Shown here piece by piece: positions 36,663 to 46,906 of a stretch of 64,000 bases of DNA. The DNA comes from a virus (taxonomy: Duplodnaviria; Caudoviricetes), in the IMG/VR virus record IMGVR_UViG_3300032332_001510, positions 1-64,000 of that record; one strand, written 5' to 3'. Under the pieces are notes generated by a model, which did not search any database, was not told the origin of the DNA, and saw only the letters and a list, made by a program, of their open reading frames with translations. How positions within the stretch are numbered: position 1 is the first letter of the stretch; every line of letters begins with the position of its first letter. The translations under genes and the position numbers were made by a program.

Positions 36663-36893
36663 TTACATACCCTCAATGTCTCTGCAATATTTACAGATTG
36701 GGTTATTATCTAAGTCTGGAACTAATTTATATTCCCAGCGGCCGCAATGCGTACACTGTGGAATTCCAGGGCCGCCATGCTTAGTTAACTCCTGAAAACT
36801 AATTCCAAGATCTTCACAAGTAGCGGCTAAGTCTTTTCGTGTGCCCAATAGCTCACGAACAAGTTTATTTGTCAGTTGGTTTGAAACGATCAT
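36663..36893 (-). CDS. HTH plus zinc-ribbon hypothetical protein
   Basis: CTHC...CKYC motifs. Confidence 0.65.
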   Translation of the reverse strand: MIVSNQLTNKLVRELLGTRKDLAATCEDLGISFQELTKHGGPGIPQCTHCGRWEYKLVPDLDNNPICKYCRDIEGM

Positions 36894-37329
36894 CTAAGTG
36901 TTGGTGAGTTTTCTCAAATTCCAGTAGGAACATAATACAGCAAGCTGCGTGGGCTAAATGTGATAAGCCAGACTCAGGGTCTTTATCTTCACCATCATTA
37001 AATGCCATCAAGTGTCGCATTGCTGCGCTTAGGGGACGCGACCATTGAAAGCCTTTACGCCAGTTATGTGCTGCGTATTTTTCCTTGCCAAATGCCATTA
37101 CCATAGCTGTTTGCTCTAAGGCCTCACGGCTAAGTAAGTTCATAGGGGCTTTGCCACTGTCGTGTTTTACTGCACTAAGTTTAATATCAGCGTCCATGTT
37201 TAAATATGTATTAATTAATTTTTCTCGTTCAGCCAAGGGCATTTCTGGTATTTTAGTTGGAATATAAGTACCAGCAAACTCTTTAAGGGCTTGTATATTT
37301 TGAACGTCTAGTGTAAAAGTATTTTTCAT
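36865..37329 (-). CDS. dATP/dGTP diphosphohydrolase-domain (DUF5664-like) protein
   Basis: K.DSGK.P..LL, FGKEKY..HNW.KG, AAMRH, DPESGLSHLAHA motifs. Confidence 0.85.
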   Translation of the reverse strand: MKNTFTLDVQNIQALKEFAGTYIPTKIPEMPLAEREKLINTYLNMDADIKLSAVKHDSGKAPMNLLSREALEQTAMVMAFGKEKYAAHNWRKGFQWSRPLSAAMRHLMAFNDGEDKDPESGLSHLAHAACCIMFLLEFEKTHQHLDDRFKPTDK

Positions 37330-37387
37330 ATTAGTTAATTAAAGTGCTATTTTTATATTATACACAAATTTGCATATTTCTTCAAGG

Positions 37388-37564
37388 TTAAATTTCTTTT
37401 GGTTTTAGCAAAGCAGGTATCTGCTGTTTTTTACGAATATTTTCTAGTAGAGTTTGTGGTAGTTCTACAGAGGCTATGCCATGTTCGCGATTATACCGCT
37501 CGTATACCGGCAGTAGGTCTCGGGCAATTAGCCGCTCTAGTTGTTGAACATAGTTGTCGCTCAT
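37388..37564 (-). CDS. small hypothetical protein (58 aa; not in ORF track)
   Basis: MSDNYVQQLERLIARDLLPVYERY...IPALLKPKEI*; GGAGGA RBS and promoter upstream. Confidence 0.65.
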   Translation of the reverse strand: MSDNYVQQLERLIARDLLPVYERYNREHGIASVELPQTLLENIRKKQQIPALLKPKEI

Positions 37565-37719
37565 AGAATCCTCCAGAATTTAACAATTATAGCACAGGTG
37601 CTCTTCACATACAATATAAAAATTTTTTTATCCTGGTCTAACAAAACTAACTTGATTTTGCTACCCCACTGTGCTATAATAAATAATGTCAAATTTGGCA
37701 AAAAATTTAGGGTATAACA

Positions 37720-38154
37720 ATGATAAAATTCCTAATATTTGGCCTGTTAGCGCTTCCACAATTACTAGATTCAGCACCTATTCCTAAAGACTGGGTATAC
37801 AACAACGAGACGGTTTGTTTGGCTAAAAACATATATCATGAAGCTCGTGGAGAATCACTGCGTGGAAAATTAGCAGTGGCTAAAGTTACACTAAATCGCG
37901 TAAACAGCGGTAAATTCAAAAACACAGTTTGTGGCGTAGTATATCAGCGCGGGCAGTTTAGTTGGACTAATAGCAAGTATAAACCTATCTTAGATAAACA
38001 CGCTTGGACAGAAAGCTTACATTTGGCTAAACTGCTAATGCTAAATCCTGAATTAAGCAAAACCCCTGCTATGTACTACCATAACCTTAGGGTCAAACCT
38101 AAGTGGCAACTAGAACGCACAGATAAAATTGGCAATCACGTATTTTACACCTAA
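37720..38154 (+). CDS. cell wall hydrolase (SleB/Hydrolase_2 family)
   Basis: CLAKNIYHEARGE, AVAKVTLNRV, GQFSW, IGNHVFY. Confidence 0.92.
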   Translation: MIKFLIFGLLALPQLLDSAPIPKDWVYNNETVCLAKNIYHEARGESLRGKLAVAKVTLNRVNSGKFKNTVCGVVYQRGQFSWTNSKYKPILDKHAWTESLHLAKLLMLNPELSKTPAMYYHNLRVKPKWQLERTDKIGNHVFYT

Positions 38155-38166
38155 CCTGGAACAAAG

Positions 38167-38847
38167 ATGCAACAAGTTAAACTAATGTGGATGACACCTG
38201 ATATTGACGAGCAAATTGCCTACATTGCCCGTGTAAGCAATCCTAAAAATCAGGATAATAAAAATATTACTGGATTGTTGCAGTATATGATCAAACACGG
38301 ACACGTTTCACCGTTTGAAATGGCTAATGTGTGCTTAGAGATCTCCACCACTCGTGATATTGCACGTCAAATTTTACGGCATCGCAGCTTCTCTTTCCAA
38401 GAGTTTTCACAGCGGTATGCAGACGTGAATAGCCTGGGCGAGTTGCAGCGGCGTGAGTGTAGGCTGCAGGACACCAAGAATCGTCAAAACTCCCTAGAGC
38501 CTGATTTAGCCGTAGACAAGCAGCGACAACTTGCCTATCAGTGGGAAGTGCTACAAGACGCACTAATTAAGAAAACTACTGAAGTGTATGCTTGGGCACT
38601 GGAGCAGGGCATAGCTAAGGAGCAGGCCCGGGCTATTCTGCCTGAGGGTCTGACGCCCAGCAAAATGTACATGAACGGTACGTTACGCAGTTGGATCTTT
38701 TACTTGCAACAACGTCTGGACGTGTCAACACAAAAAGAACATCGTGAACTTGCTGAAATGATTTTGACTAAATTACGTTTTGCTGCGCCTATCACTATTG
38801 GGGCTTTCTTTCCACAGTCTGTGACTGAAGAAGAATTTTCTATTTAA
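38167..38847 (+). CDS. thyX: FAD-dependent thymidylate synthase
   Basis: RHRSFSFQEFSQRY signature; HVSPFE; EQARAILP. Confidence 0.95.
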   Translation: MQQVKLMWMTPDIDEQIAYIARVSNPKNQDNKNITGLLQYMIKHGHVSPFEMANVCLEISTTRDIARQILRHRSFSFQEFSQRYADVNSLGELQRRECRLQDTKNRQNSLEPDLAVDKQRQLAYQWEVLQDALIKKTTEVYAWALEQGIAKEQARAILPEGLTPSKMYMNGTLRSWIFYLQQRLDVSTQKEHRELAEMILTKLRFAAPITIGAFFPQSVTEEEFSI

Positions 38848-38902
38848 TCTTGACTTTTATAGCTGGCCATGCTATAATATTATTATTCGCTGGGAGTTTA
38901 CC

Positions 38903-41697
38903 GTGAATGTTATCATATACACAACAGATTTTGAACCAATCACGGTTGTTGATCTTCCAAAATCTGTTTTAGATAAAATAGAACGACAAGGAGGAGCTAA
39001 ACTAGCATTAGGCCCACCAGAAGATGACGAAGGTAAGCCCGCTAATCCACCTATATGTACTATAGTAATGTGTAAATTACGCTGGTTTAATGGTGAAGAA
39101 AAGGTAGTCTTAGTCACTAAAGACGAAGAGTCTGCACTATTATTAAAACCTGAATGGCTACCGGGCCAACGTGGAGTATATAACCTTCTATACAATCATA
39201 TTAAAAAGCTTACTAAACAACTAATAAACCGAGATGATAATGCGTAAACGTCAAATACTACAACAAATGATGTCTGGTTTATCACAAAGATCTAGTCGTA
39301 ATAAGTCTTGGCATATGATGCAGCAACAAGCTGAGCCACCACAAGAGTATCTTGAAGACGATGGCCCACTAACTGATAGCCAGATCAAACAACTTAAAGA
39401 TAACGTGAGAACTAAATATGCATAATTGTCGTCGTTGTGATGAGCCAGTAGATCCACGTCGCTGGGCACTTAAACATACTAAAAAGTTGTGTATGCCTTG
39501 TGGCGAGGCGGCCAGTAAGCAGGTTACTCGTACCATAGTTCCACTACACAAAAGCAATTATTTTCCAGTATTCAACCTAAATGATCTTAAGGGTATTAAT
39601 AACAAAGGCGGCCTAGTTCGATGATTGATCAAGTATTACAACAACTGTTACCACAACAAAAACCACAGATTCCACAAATGCCTAAGCCTATGCAGGAAGC
39701 GGCATATAGCGCGCATATGCAGCTAAACAATCCACAACTTCAAAGGTTTTCAGAAGAACAAAAGATTGAGCTAATGCTAATGATATTTGGCGAAAATATT
39801 GTGCGTCAGTGCGCACTGCAAGCTAAGCTGGCACTACTAGATGAGGAAAAGGTTGATCAAGCAATTCTTAAACACTATGGACTACACTAAGCACTGTCCG
39901 CCCTGTAATCAGAACTGTAATCAGGGTAGAAATTGTCCAGCTAGAAAATAATTGGAGGGGTGCATGAAACCCAACACATTAAAACTACTAGAGCGTTGCA
40001 TTGAAGACGGTGTACAAACCGGCGTTTATCGCAGCTTTAAATACACAGATGAACCTAGTAGGGATCAAATTGTTGAGCAAGTATTACATAATGTAATGAA
40101 TGAACTGCACGAGTGGTTTGAGTTTGAACCGCTAGAAGATAAGTATCAGTAACACCACAGGGGCATTCAGCGGCAATATTTTGCAGTTGAATGCCCTTTG
40201 TGTTTGTGCTATAATATTATATAATTTGAAAAGGAATACAGCAATGTCAAAGGTATGGGTCGATCCGCCGGGCGGCTGGCGGTATGGGTTTCCGCAGATT
40301 TGGGACGACAGTAAAAATCCTGACGTATACAACTGGTTGTACTGGGCAGGCTATCCTGACGAAGTTCGTGAAAGTTATGGCAAACACTTTTATATGCGTA
40401 TGTGGGAAGTAGTGGAGGATAGCAATGCCTGATAATTTACAAGCATTTTATGCCTGGTTTTATGAGCTGGAAGGCTTTGGTTTTCGTGCTGAGCGACTGC
40501 TGGACGATTTGGGCAACAACGAAGAGCTGTACGATAAAATGCTGCCGTGGCTTAAAGCTGCATACGAAATTGGCAAACAAGAGGGGCTAGACAAATGAAC
40601 AAACAAGCACTAGAAGCAGTTATGGAATTGTATCAAGTAGACCGAGTAACTGCACTGCAGCTTTACTGGGATGAAATTGAGCATATGACGTGGCTGTTAA
40701 ATAAAAGCAAGGAGTCTGATGATGCGGAAGTTTGATGACGTTACTGAACCTGAAAACTTTGATCCTGAGCAGATGCAACTAGAATTTGCGCCAGGCTGCT
40801 TTGATGATTTTGAGGGTACACAGGAGGAACTGAATGCCCTAGTTGAACATATCAAGGAAATGTTTGCTGCTGGCAAGTTTCTTAGTGAAGGCCGTGAGTT
40901 AACTGACGAGGACTTTGACACACTAAGCGAGTCTACTAAGCAAAAGATTATTGGTTTAAATGATCCCGATCAACCTAAACGGAACCTAAACTAATGCAAA
41001 AATATATCCTAAACGGCGAAGTAGCCATTATCCACAGCGATGATTGGGGTACAGCCTGGGCTACTTGGTATCCTGAAACTATGTTTGATCGTGAACTAAT
41101 CAAACACTACTTGCGTTGGTTAGGGACTGATTGTGATACTAAACTAGAGCACGAGGCAGAGTACGCTGCCCGTTTATATCTTGAGCACGCACATCCAGAC
41201 GTGGTTTTTCGCGGATTTGATGGGCTTAAACTAACCTGGATTAAACAGGGCCAAGAATTTATTATCAAGGAGTATGATGGCATTGAAACCATTGTGCTCA
41301 AAGACAAAATTAAGTGGTTAGTAGCATGAAGGTTAAGTATTCTACAAACTGGATGGGTCCAGCTAGCATGGACTGGTATCGCCGGCGTGGTTTAACCACA
41401 CTAGAACATCATGTACAAGAACAGGACAATCCATATACTGGACGCAAAAGGGGTGAGCACTACAAAATGGAAATAATTAACCACAACTATAGTTGTGGTC
41501 GTATTGATGTAATGGGCACTGACGATCCACGCGGTGAGGAAATTGGTGTGCCGCCTATGCTTAGCCTAGACTGGTGTAGGTTTGGTCGCTGGCTAGATAC
41601 CTTTGAAACGGATGCACCGTGGACACTAGACCAACTAGTAGAACTATACGAACGTGCTAATCCTAAGATTACTTGGGATACTTATGAGGAACACTAA
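38903..41697 (+). other. run of about 10 small, closely packed early hypothetical ORFs (38903-39247, 39234-39425, 39418-39624 zinc finger, 39621-39890, 39964-40152, 40244-40432, 40425-40598, 40719-40994, 40994-41329, 41326-41697)
   Basis: Overlapping start/stop junctions on the + strand; sigma70-like promoters at about 38850 and 40187; no function recognised except a CxxC..CxxC in 39418-39624. Confidence 0.65.
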
Positions 41698-42321
41698 ATG
41701 CTAGAAACTATATGTGATGTGCTTAAACAGGGCTATGACAGGAACTGGAGTACTAGTCGTGACAGTAATGTTAGTATCCGACATTACGGTCGCGACTACT
41801 TTTTTATTACACCTACCGGTGTTCGTAAGCAAACCATGCAGCCTGATCAGTTTAAAAAGATTAGGGTGGCCGGGGATAGTTGGGAAGAGCTGGAGTATAC
41901 ACCTATTAGCCGCAACCTAAAGCCTAGTGGTGAACTTCCACTGCACTTTGGCCTACAAAAACACATGGGCCAGCACAGCGACGATACCCGAGTGGTAGTC
42001 CATCTTCATCCTACTTACACAGTAGCTGCTATGCACGCTGGCATTGAGTTAGCTGACCTGGTCAAAGACTTTCCTGAGCTTAGCCGATATACCAAAGTAG
42101 CTAAAAATGTTGGCGATCAACCGCCTATTAGCCAGGAATTGGCAACGGCTTGTCACCAGCAGCTGGAGGTTGATCCCTACAGTGGTTACGTTGCCTACGA
42201 CATTGTAGGTCTTAAGGGTCATGGAGTTGTAGCTATCGACCGTAGCCCTTGGCGGGCTTATGAACATATTGAGCGTTTAGAACATATTTGTAAGATTGTG
42301 CTGGTATCGGGGAATTACTAA
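41698..42321 (+). CDS. class II aldolase/adducin-family protein
   Basis: FFITPTGV.K, ELPLH, VVHLHP, GHGVV zinc-binding motifs. Confidence 0.85.
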   Translation: MLETICDVLKQGYDRNWSTSRDSNVSIRHYGRDYFFITPTGVRKQTMQPDQFKKIRVAGDSWEELEYTPISRNLKPSGELPLHFGLQKHMGQHSDDTRVVVHLHPTYTVAAMHAGIELADLVKDFPELSRYTKVAKNVGDQPPISQELATACHQQLEVDPYSGYVAYDIVGLKGHGVVAIDRSPWRAYEHIERLEHICKIVLVSGNY

Positions 42322-43045
42322 TGCAAGAGATCCTAAAAGACCGTTGCGATCAAATGCTGTTAGCTCTCTTAGGCCCTGAATTTGGCAAGTGCTGGTGGCA
42401 CAGTCCAAACAAAGCTTTTGGGGGTATGACGCCTGAGGGTCAATGGATGTTAAACCACACACTAGTATACAACTACTTAACTAAACACTGTAGTGGAGAC
42501 TACTAATGAATAAAAATATTAAAGAACTGGCCATGGAAGCAGGCTTTCCCGTGACCGGTTTTTACAAGGAAACAACACTCTTAGCTAACGAGTCCGCAAT
42601 TAACACATTTGCACAACTGCTACTCAAAGAGTGCGCAATGATTGCAGAACTCAACGGCGACATGAGCACTAGCTATCAAATCAAACATCATTTTGGAGAT
42701 TGCAAATGATGCAAACTATTGAACTAGACTTAAGAATGAGTGAGTTCTTGAAATTAGCAATGCTAGCACACCAGCAAGATATTACCCTAAATCAGTTAAT
42801 CAATAACTTGCTGCAAAGTGTAGTAGACAAGCACGAAGAAACTTTTAAAACAGCTGGTTTTGACAATGTTTACTGAGGCATTTAAACAGCTTCACCAAGA
42901 AGCCGGGTTTACTACTCAAGGTTTAAACGACGAAACCCTTACTAAATTTGGTAACCTAGTGGTTGAGCAATGCGTTAAGATCACACTGCATAGCATGACT
43001 ACATACACAGCAGCAGAACATATTAGGGAACACTTTAAACAATGA
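42321..43045 (+). other. four small hypothetical ORFs (42321-42506, 42506-42709, 42706-42876, 42866-43045)
   Basis: 42506 and 42866 are paralogues (IKELAMEAGF..FAQLLLKEC versus FKQLHQEAGF..FGNLVVEQC); 42706-42876 translated by hand. Confidence 0.6.
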
Positions 43046-43530
43046 CTAAAACACTGGACTTAGGTTGTGGCCTTCAACCTAAAAATCCTTATAGTTGCCA
43101 AGAAGTTTACGGTATAGATATTAGAACCTATGATAACCAAAACATTTTAGTAGCAGATCTTGCTACAGAGCAAATCCCACATAAAAACAATATGTTTGAT
43201 GTGGTTACTGCTTACGACTTCTTAGAGCACATACCTAGGATTATCTACAATCCCAATCGTAGATTTCCATTTGTAGAGCTAATGAATGAGATTTACCGTG
43301 TGCTAGTGCCTGGCGGCATATTTTACTCGCATACTCCTGCATTTCCAGCACCAGCCGTATTCAGAGACCCTACACACGTTAATATTATTACTGAAGAAAC
43401 TTTTACCTACTACTTTGACCAAAACTACTGCTGGGCTAGTATCTATGGATTTTATGGTAAGTTTCAAATAGAAGCACAAACCTGGCATCCAAATCAAATC
43501 AACTTAATTACCATTATGAAAAAAGTATGA
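43042..43530 (+). CDS. class I SAM-dependent methyltransferase
   Basis: LDLGCG motif I, FDVVTAYDFLEHI, EIYRVLVPGG. Confidence 0.88.
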   Translation: MTKTLDLGCGLQPKNPYSCQEVYGIDIRTYDNQNILVADLATEQIPHKNNMFDVVTAYDFLEHIPRIIYNPNRRFPFVELMNEIYRVLVPGGIFYSHTPAFPAPAVFRDPTHVNIITEETFTYYFDQNYCWASIYGFYGKFQIEAQTWHPNQINLITIMKKV

Positions 43531-43999
43531 CTATATTTGAACAAGCAGAACAGGTCAGGCAAACTGCTGCTAAACTACCACATAACATGCCTAACAGCCG
43601 CTGGTGGCTATTACAAATTAGCAGATATATGCTAGACCACAACCTTACATTCCAACAAGCAGCCCAATACACAACCACAGACTTACCTGAGGATCTCCTA
43701 TGGCATTAACCAAATTCTTAGTTGCTAAACAATACGCAGAAACAGTCCAGCAAGCACAACTAGTAGACCAAGAACTTACTAAAGCATTTAAGCTCTTAGA
43801 TCAAGACAACGAGGTCAACTACTACGGCCCCGTACACAAAGCATATGATCATCTAGTAGAACAACTACTTGGCCCAGAACTGTTTGAGCATACACTAAAC
43901 TGGATTTACGAACACGACTTGGGCAACAATATTGACCTAGACTTCTCAGAATATTTCGATAGCCACCAAGACTCACATAAAAATCTTAAGCACGACTAA
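43527..43999 (+). other. two small hypothetical ORFs (43527-43709, 43700-43999)
   Basis: Coupled ORFs ending the operon. Confidence 0.55.
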
Positions 44000-44237
44000 A
44001 AACACACCTTTACTAATTCAAAAATCCATGCTATAATATTGTTAAATCTAGTGAGGTTTAAACAAAGAAATTTTTTATAAGTAAACTAGAAAACACAAAA
44101 AAGTAAATTTTATAGCGTTTTCGCAGGCCTCGGTGTGAAACGCGTCGATAAAATTAACTTTTGCAGTTGACGAGTTTTTGAAGTTTATGCAATAGAAAAA
44201 ATTTCCTACAACTAAGGCAAATTGTTTCAAAAAATAT

Positions 44238-45035
44238 ATGCTAAAATTAAAATCTAATGAATTGAAATTGGTACCTTTTGAAGCTTACCACGACTTAAAA
44301 GGCGATGATTTGCTAAAGCAAGCAGAGGAGCATCAACTCAACCTGCTGGGATCATGGTTGCTGCCCCAAATTTGTGCATACTATGGTACTTGGCAGGCGG
44401 TCCCACTAGGCAACCACCCAACCCAACTAGACCCTAGGGCGACAGCAAAACAGAATATTCAAAGCAAGTGGGATCTAGGATTGTGGAGAGTATGTACCAA
44501 GCTAAAACGTGGAGCGCTAGTAAAAGTGCAGAGTAGTGAGCTGGGCAGAAACTATAGTCAACTTGTGCCACTCGTCATCGCCGGCATGAAACGCTATCAA
44601 AACATCCAGTACCAGCGTTGGGATTTAGGTGGATTAAACGGCCTAGTACACCAGGAACTATATGAAGTTATGGAGTATAGTGGCGAGTGTTTAAGTTTAG
44701 GGTCAGAGGAATTGCTCCAAATTCGCCAGCAAGGTTTGACTATTAGGTCAGGGGCTAAAGCTGGTGAGCAAAACAAGCCTACCAGCCAATGGAAGCTGCA
44801 CGGCCTAGCCACCACGGCCTTTCAGGGTACGCCAACACTGCTCAGCACCATTATGTGCCAGATCTGGGTTGCACATCCTAGTTTACGCACGGACATGATG
44901 ATCTTAGACCCTAGTGTATGGGACCATATGCCCAAGCCACTGGTCACCGGCGAAGCCTTTGCCGCTTTAGGGTCGAAAAAACAGGAAATTGTAACAATGC
45001 CCCAAACGGACGATAGAATGCCGTGGGAATACTAA
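44238..45035 (+). CDS. conserved T5-like hypothetical protein
   Basis: 265-aa ORF with typical phage codon usage. Confidence 0.7.
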   Translation: MLKLKSNELKLVPFEAYHDLKGDDLLKQAEEHQLNLLGSWLLPQICAYYGTWQAVPLGNHPTQLDPRATAKQNIQSKWDLGLWRVCTKLKRGALVKVQSSELGRNYSQLVPLVIAGMKRYQNIQYQRWDLGGLNGLVHQELYEVMEYSGECLSLGSEELLQIRQQGLTIRSGAKAGEQNKPTSQWKLHGLATTAFQGTPTLLSTIMCQIWVAHPSLRTDMMILDPSVWDHMPKPLVTGEAFAALGSKKQEIVTMPQTDDRMPWEY

Positions 45036-45047
45036 AAGGAGCAATAC

Positions 45048-45365
45048 TTGAAATATACTAAAGAAATTACTGACCGTTTAGTTGAACAATACAAAACAGG
45101 CACTCAAGTCCAAAAAATTGCGCAGGAGCTGGAGGTGCCGGAGCGTAGTGTAATTGCCAAGCTCAGCAGCTTGGGTGTTTACCAGAAAAAGCAGTACTTA
45201 AACAAACGCGGTGAAGTGCCTACAAAGAAGTCAGAGCACATAGAAAACATTGCTAAACTGCTCAAAATGGATGTAGAACTCCTAGAAAGTCTTGAAAAGG
45301 TCAATAAAGGTATCCTACAGGTCCTAGAAACCAAATTAAGTCACGAAAACTGTCAAAATCCATAA
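45048..45365 (+). CDS. A2-like HTH DNA-binding protein (paralogue 1)
   Basis: YT.E.T..L...Y..G......A..L....RSVIAKLS..GVY.KK.Y..K.GE pattern shared with three other ORFs. Confidence 0.7.
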   Translation: MKYTKEITDRLVEQYKTGTQVQKIAQELEVPERSVIAKLSSLGVYQKKQYLNKRGEVPTKKSEHIENIAKLLKMDVELLESLEKVNKGILQVLETKLSHENCQNP

Positions 45366-45376
45366 TCTGACCCTAA

Positions 45377-45412
45377 AGTGCCCCACGCAGCGCAAGTTGT
45401 GTGGGGCTTTTT
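45377..45412 (+). terminator. terminator of the + strand early operon
   Basis: GCCCCACGCAGC...GTTGTGTGGGGC-TTTTT. Confidence 0.8.
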
Positions 45413-45461
45413 ATTGGGTGACAACTTGCTGTGGTTTAGGGTCAGGCTTTAGAATTTGCAC

Positions 45462-45490
45462 TTGACAACATTGATTTTACACTGTATAAT
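45462..45490 (+). promoter_or_regulatory. perfect-consensus sigma70 promoter with no downstream ORF
   Basis: TTGACA (45462) -17- TATAAT (45485), followed by TTGGCGC as in the repeat elements. Confidence 0.75.
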
Positions 45491-45556
45491 ATTGGCGCAG
45501 CAGACTTAGTCAAAAAACAGACTACCTATTAAAATAGACTTTGTACTTAAACAGAC

Positions 45557-45596
45557 TAGTGAGTAAAACTATACAGCTATATAGTTTTACTCACTA
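45557..45596. repeat. perfect 17-bp inverted repeat
   Basis: TAGTGAGTAAAACTATA-cagcta-TATAGTTTTACTCACTA. Confidence 0.95.
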
Positions 45597-45654
45597 ATAA
45601 AATTTTAGTAATGTAAAAAATTGTTGCAATTTAGGGTCTGGTGTTTATTTCAGG

Positions 45655-46222
45655 CAAAACAAAACCCCGCTAAAGCCGTCGCCTTGCGGGGTTTTGAACT
45701 CTTACGAGTTTTTATGCGATATTGACTTAGTTTTCACAGAGATCGTCTGTTACGGTAACCTATCATTTCGCGGGGGAGTTTGCCATTATATGGTCTAGAA
45801 TGATATTTTGGCCAACTCGGTTCAGCCTATATTTTAACCAGCGGGCCTAACCGCTGGACAGCACTGCTCTAGTTGCACACCAGATTGAGGTTGCTTGGAT
45901 ACCGTCTAAGTTATTTACAAGTTCTAGACAACTTGGTAAGTTTGGGTATTTACAACCACCTGGGCTCCCAGAGGTAGCGAACCTTAGCAGTCCAGGATTT
46001 TAATTTTAGCTAAGGGCTGTGGCTCGGCTCTAACATAGATTCCCCACAATTAAGACGCTGCACCAAATGCGCGCCGCTGTCACCCATTCTTTCGACAGTC
46101 GTCAGTACTTGTACTTGGCACTACAGGTTGCTAGCTATACATTGGCTTGCTGGCGGGATAGTGGTACGTTGACTGGTATCTGCGCTTTGTCCTCTCGGAT
46201 AAGCTCTTTCCTAACTGTCTAT
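45655..46222 (-). ncRNA. candidate large structured non-coding RNA (about 560 nt)
   Basis: Own promoter (TTGAAA 46257 -17- TATAAT 46234) and terminator (45656-45695); no ORF of 60 aa or more on the - strand; many hairpins. Confidence 0.6.
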
Positions 46223-46282
46223 AATAATATTATACACTGTTGGGGAGAAGATTTCAAGACAAGATTTCTTCTCCCCGGTAGC

Positions 46283-46594
46283 TTAGGCCCCAAACTTCTC
46301 CACAAGCAGCTCCAGACCGCTCATGTTGCACTTCTCAAGGCTGGCAATTGCTTGAGGGTCAATATCAAACTTCGCTGCAATCTTGTTGATCAGGTCCATT
46401 TTAGTAACCCGGCCCTGACCCTTAGCCGCGGTTTTGGCCACATACACGCCTTCGCGTGAAAGCTTGGCCACAATCGACCGCACCGACTTGCCCATCTCTT
46501 CAGCAATCATTTCCACAGAATTGCCCGTGGTGTAAAGTCCGATAACGGTAGCGGTCTGCTCGGCGGTGTAGTTTACAGTTTTGTCAGTCATCAT
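46283..46594 (-). CDS. A2-like HTH DNA-binding protein (paralogue 2)
   Basis: KTVNYTAEQT...GKSVRSIVAKLSREGVY; T5 A2-like pattern. Confidence 0.75.
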   Translation of the reverse strand: MMTDKTVNYTAEQTATVIGLYTTGNSVEMIAEEMGKSVRSIVAKLSREGVYVAKTAAKGQGRVTKMDLINKIAAKFDIDPQAIASLEKCNMSGLELLVEKFGA

Positions 46595-46646
46595 ATGTCC
46601 TTTGTGTTTCGGTTTCTGCGCTGTTGAAGATTCTATTATACGCTGT

Positions 46647-46772
46647 TCAGAAGGGAATATCAAGATCAAAATTACTGGGGTCTGGCTCGGTTTGTGGATA
46701 CTGGGGATAATCGAAATGTTCGTTCCGCCAATCCTGCCACCATTCTTCTTGATCACTTTGAAAGTCATTCAT
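46647..46772 (-). CDS. 41-aa acidic peptide ending NFDLDIPF (not in ORF track)
   Basis: MNDFQSDQEEWWQDWRNEHFDYPQYPQTEPDPSNFDLDIPF*; GAGG RBS; dedicated TTGAAG-17-TATAAT promoter (46833-46805). Confidence 0.75.
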   Translation of the reverse strand: MNDFQSDQEEWWQDWRNEHFDYPQYPQTEPDPSNFDLDIPF

Positions 46773-46906
46773 TGTTTGGTTTCCCTCATCAATCTATAAA
46801 TAATATTATACAGACTCTAACCGGCCACTTCAACACTAAATTTATACACGTGGCACACCCAAGATTTTACACTAGTTTTCGCACTGGCGCGGGGGCTCCG
46901 CCCCCT

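Noticed and set aside
45655-46222. RNase P RNA or self-splicing intron identity for the large ncRNA
   Set aside because: No GAGGAAAGUCC or other RNase P core, no group I/II catalytic motifs, and no interrupted host gene
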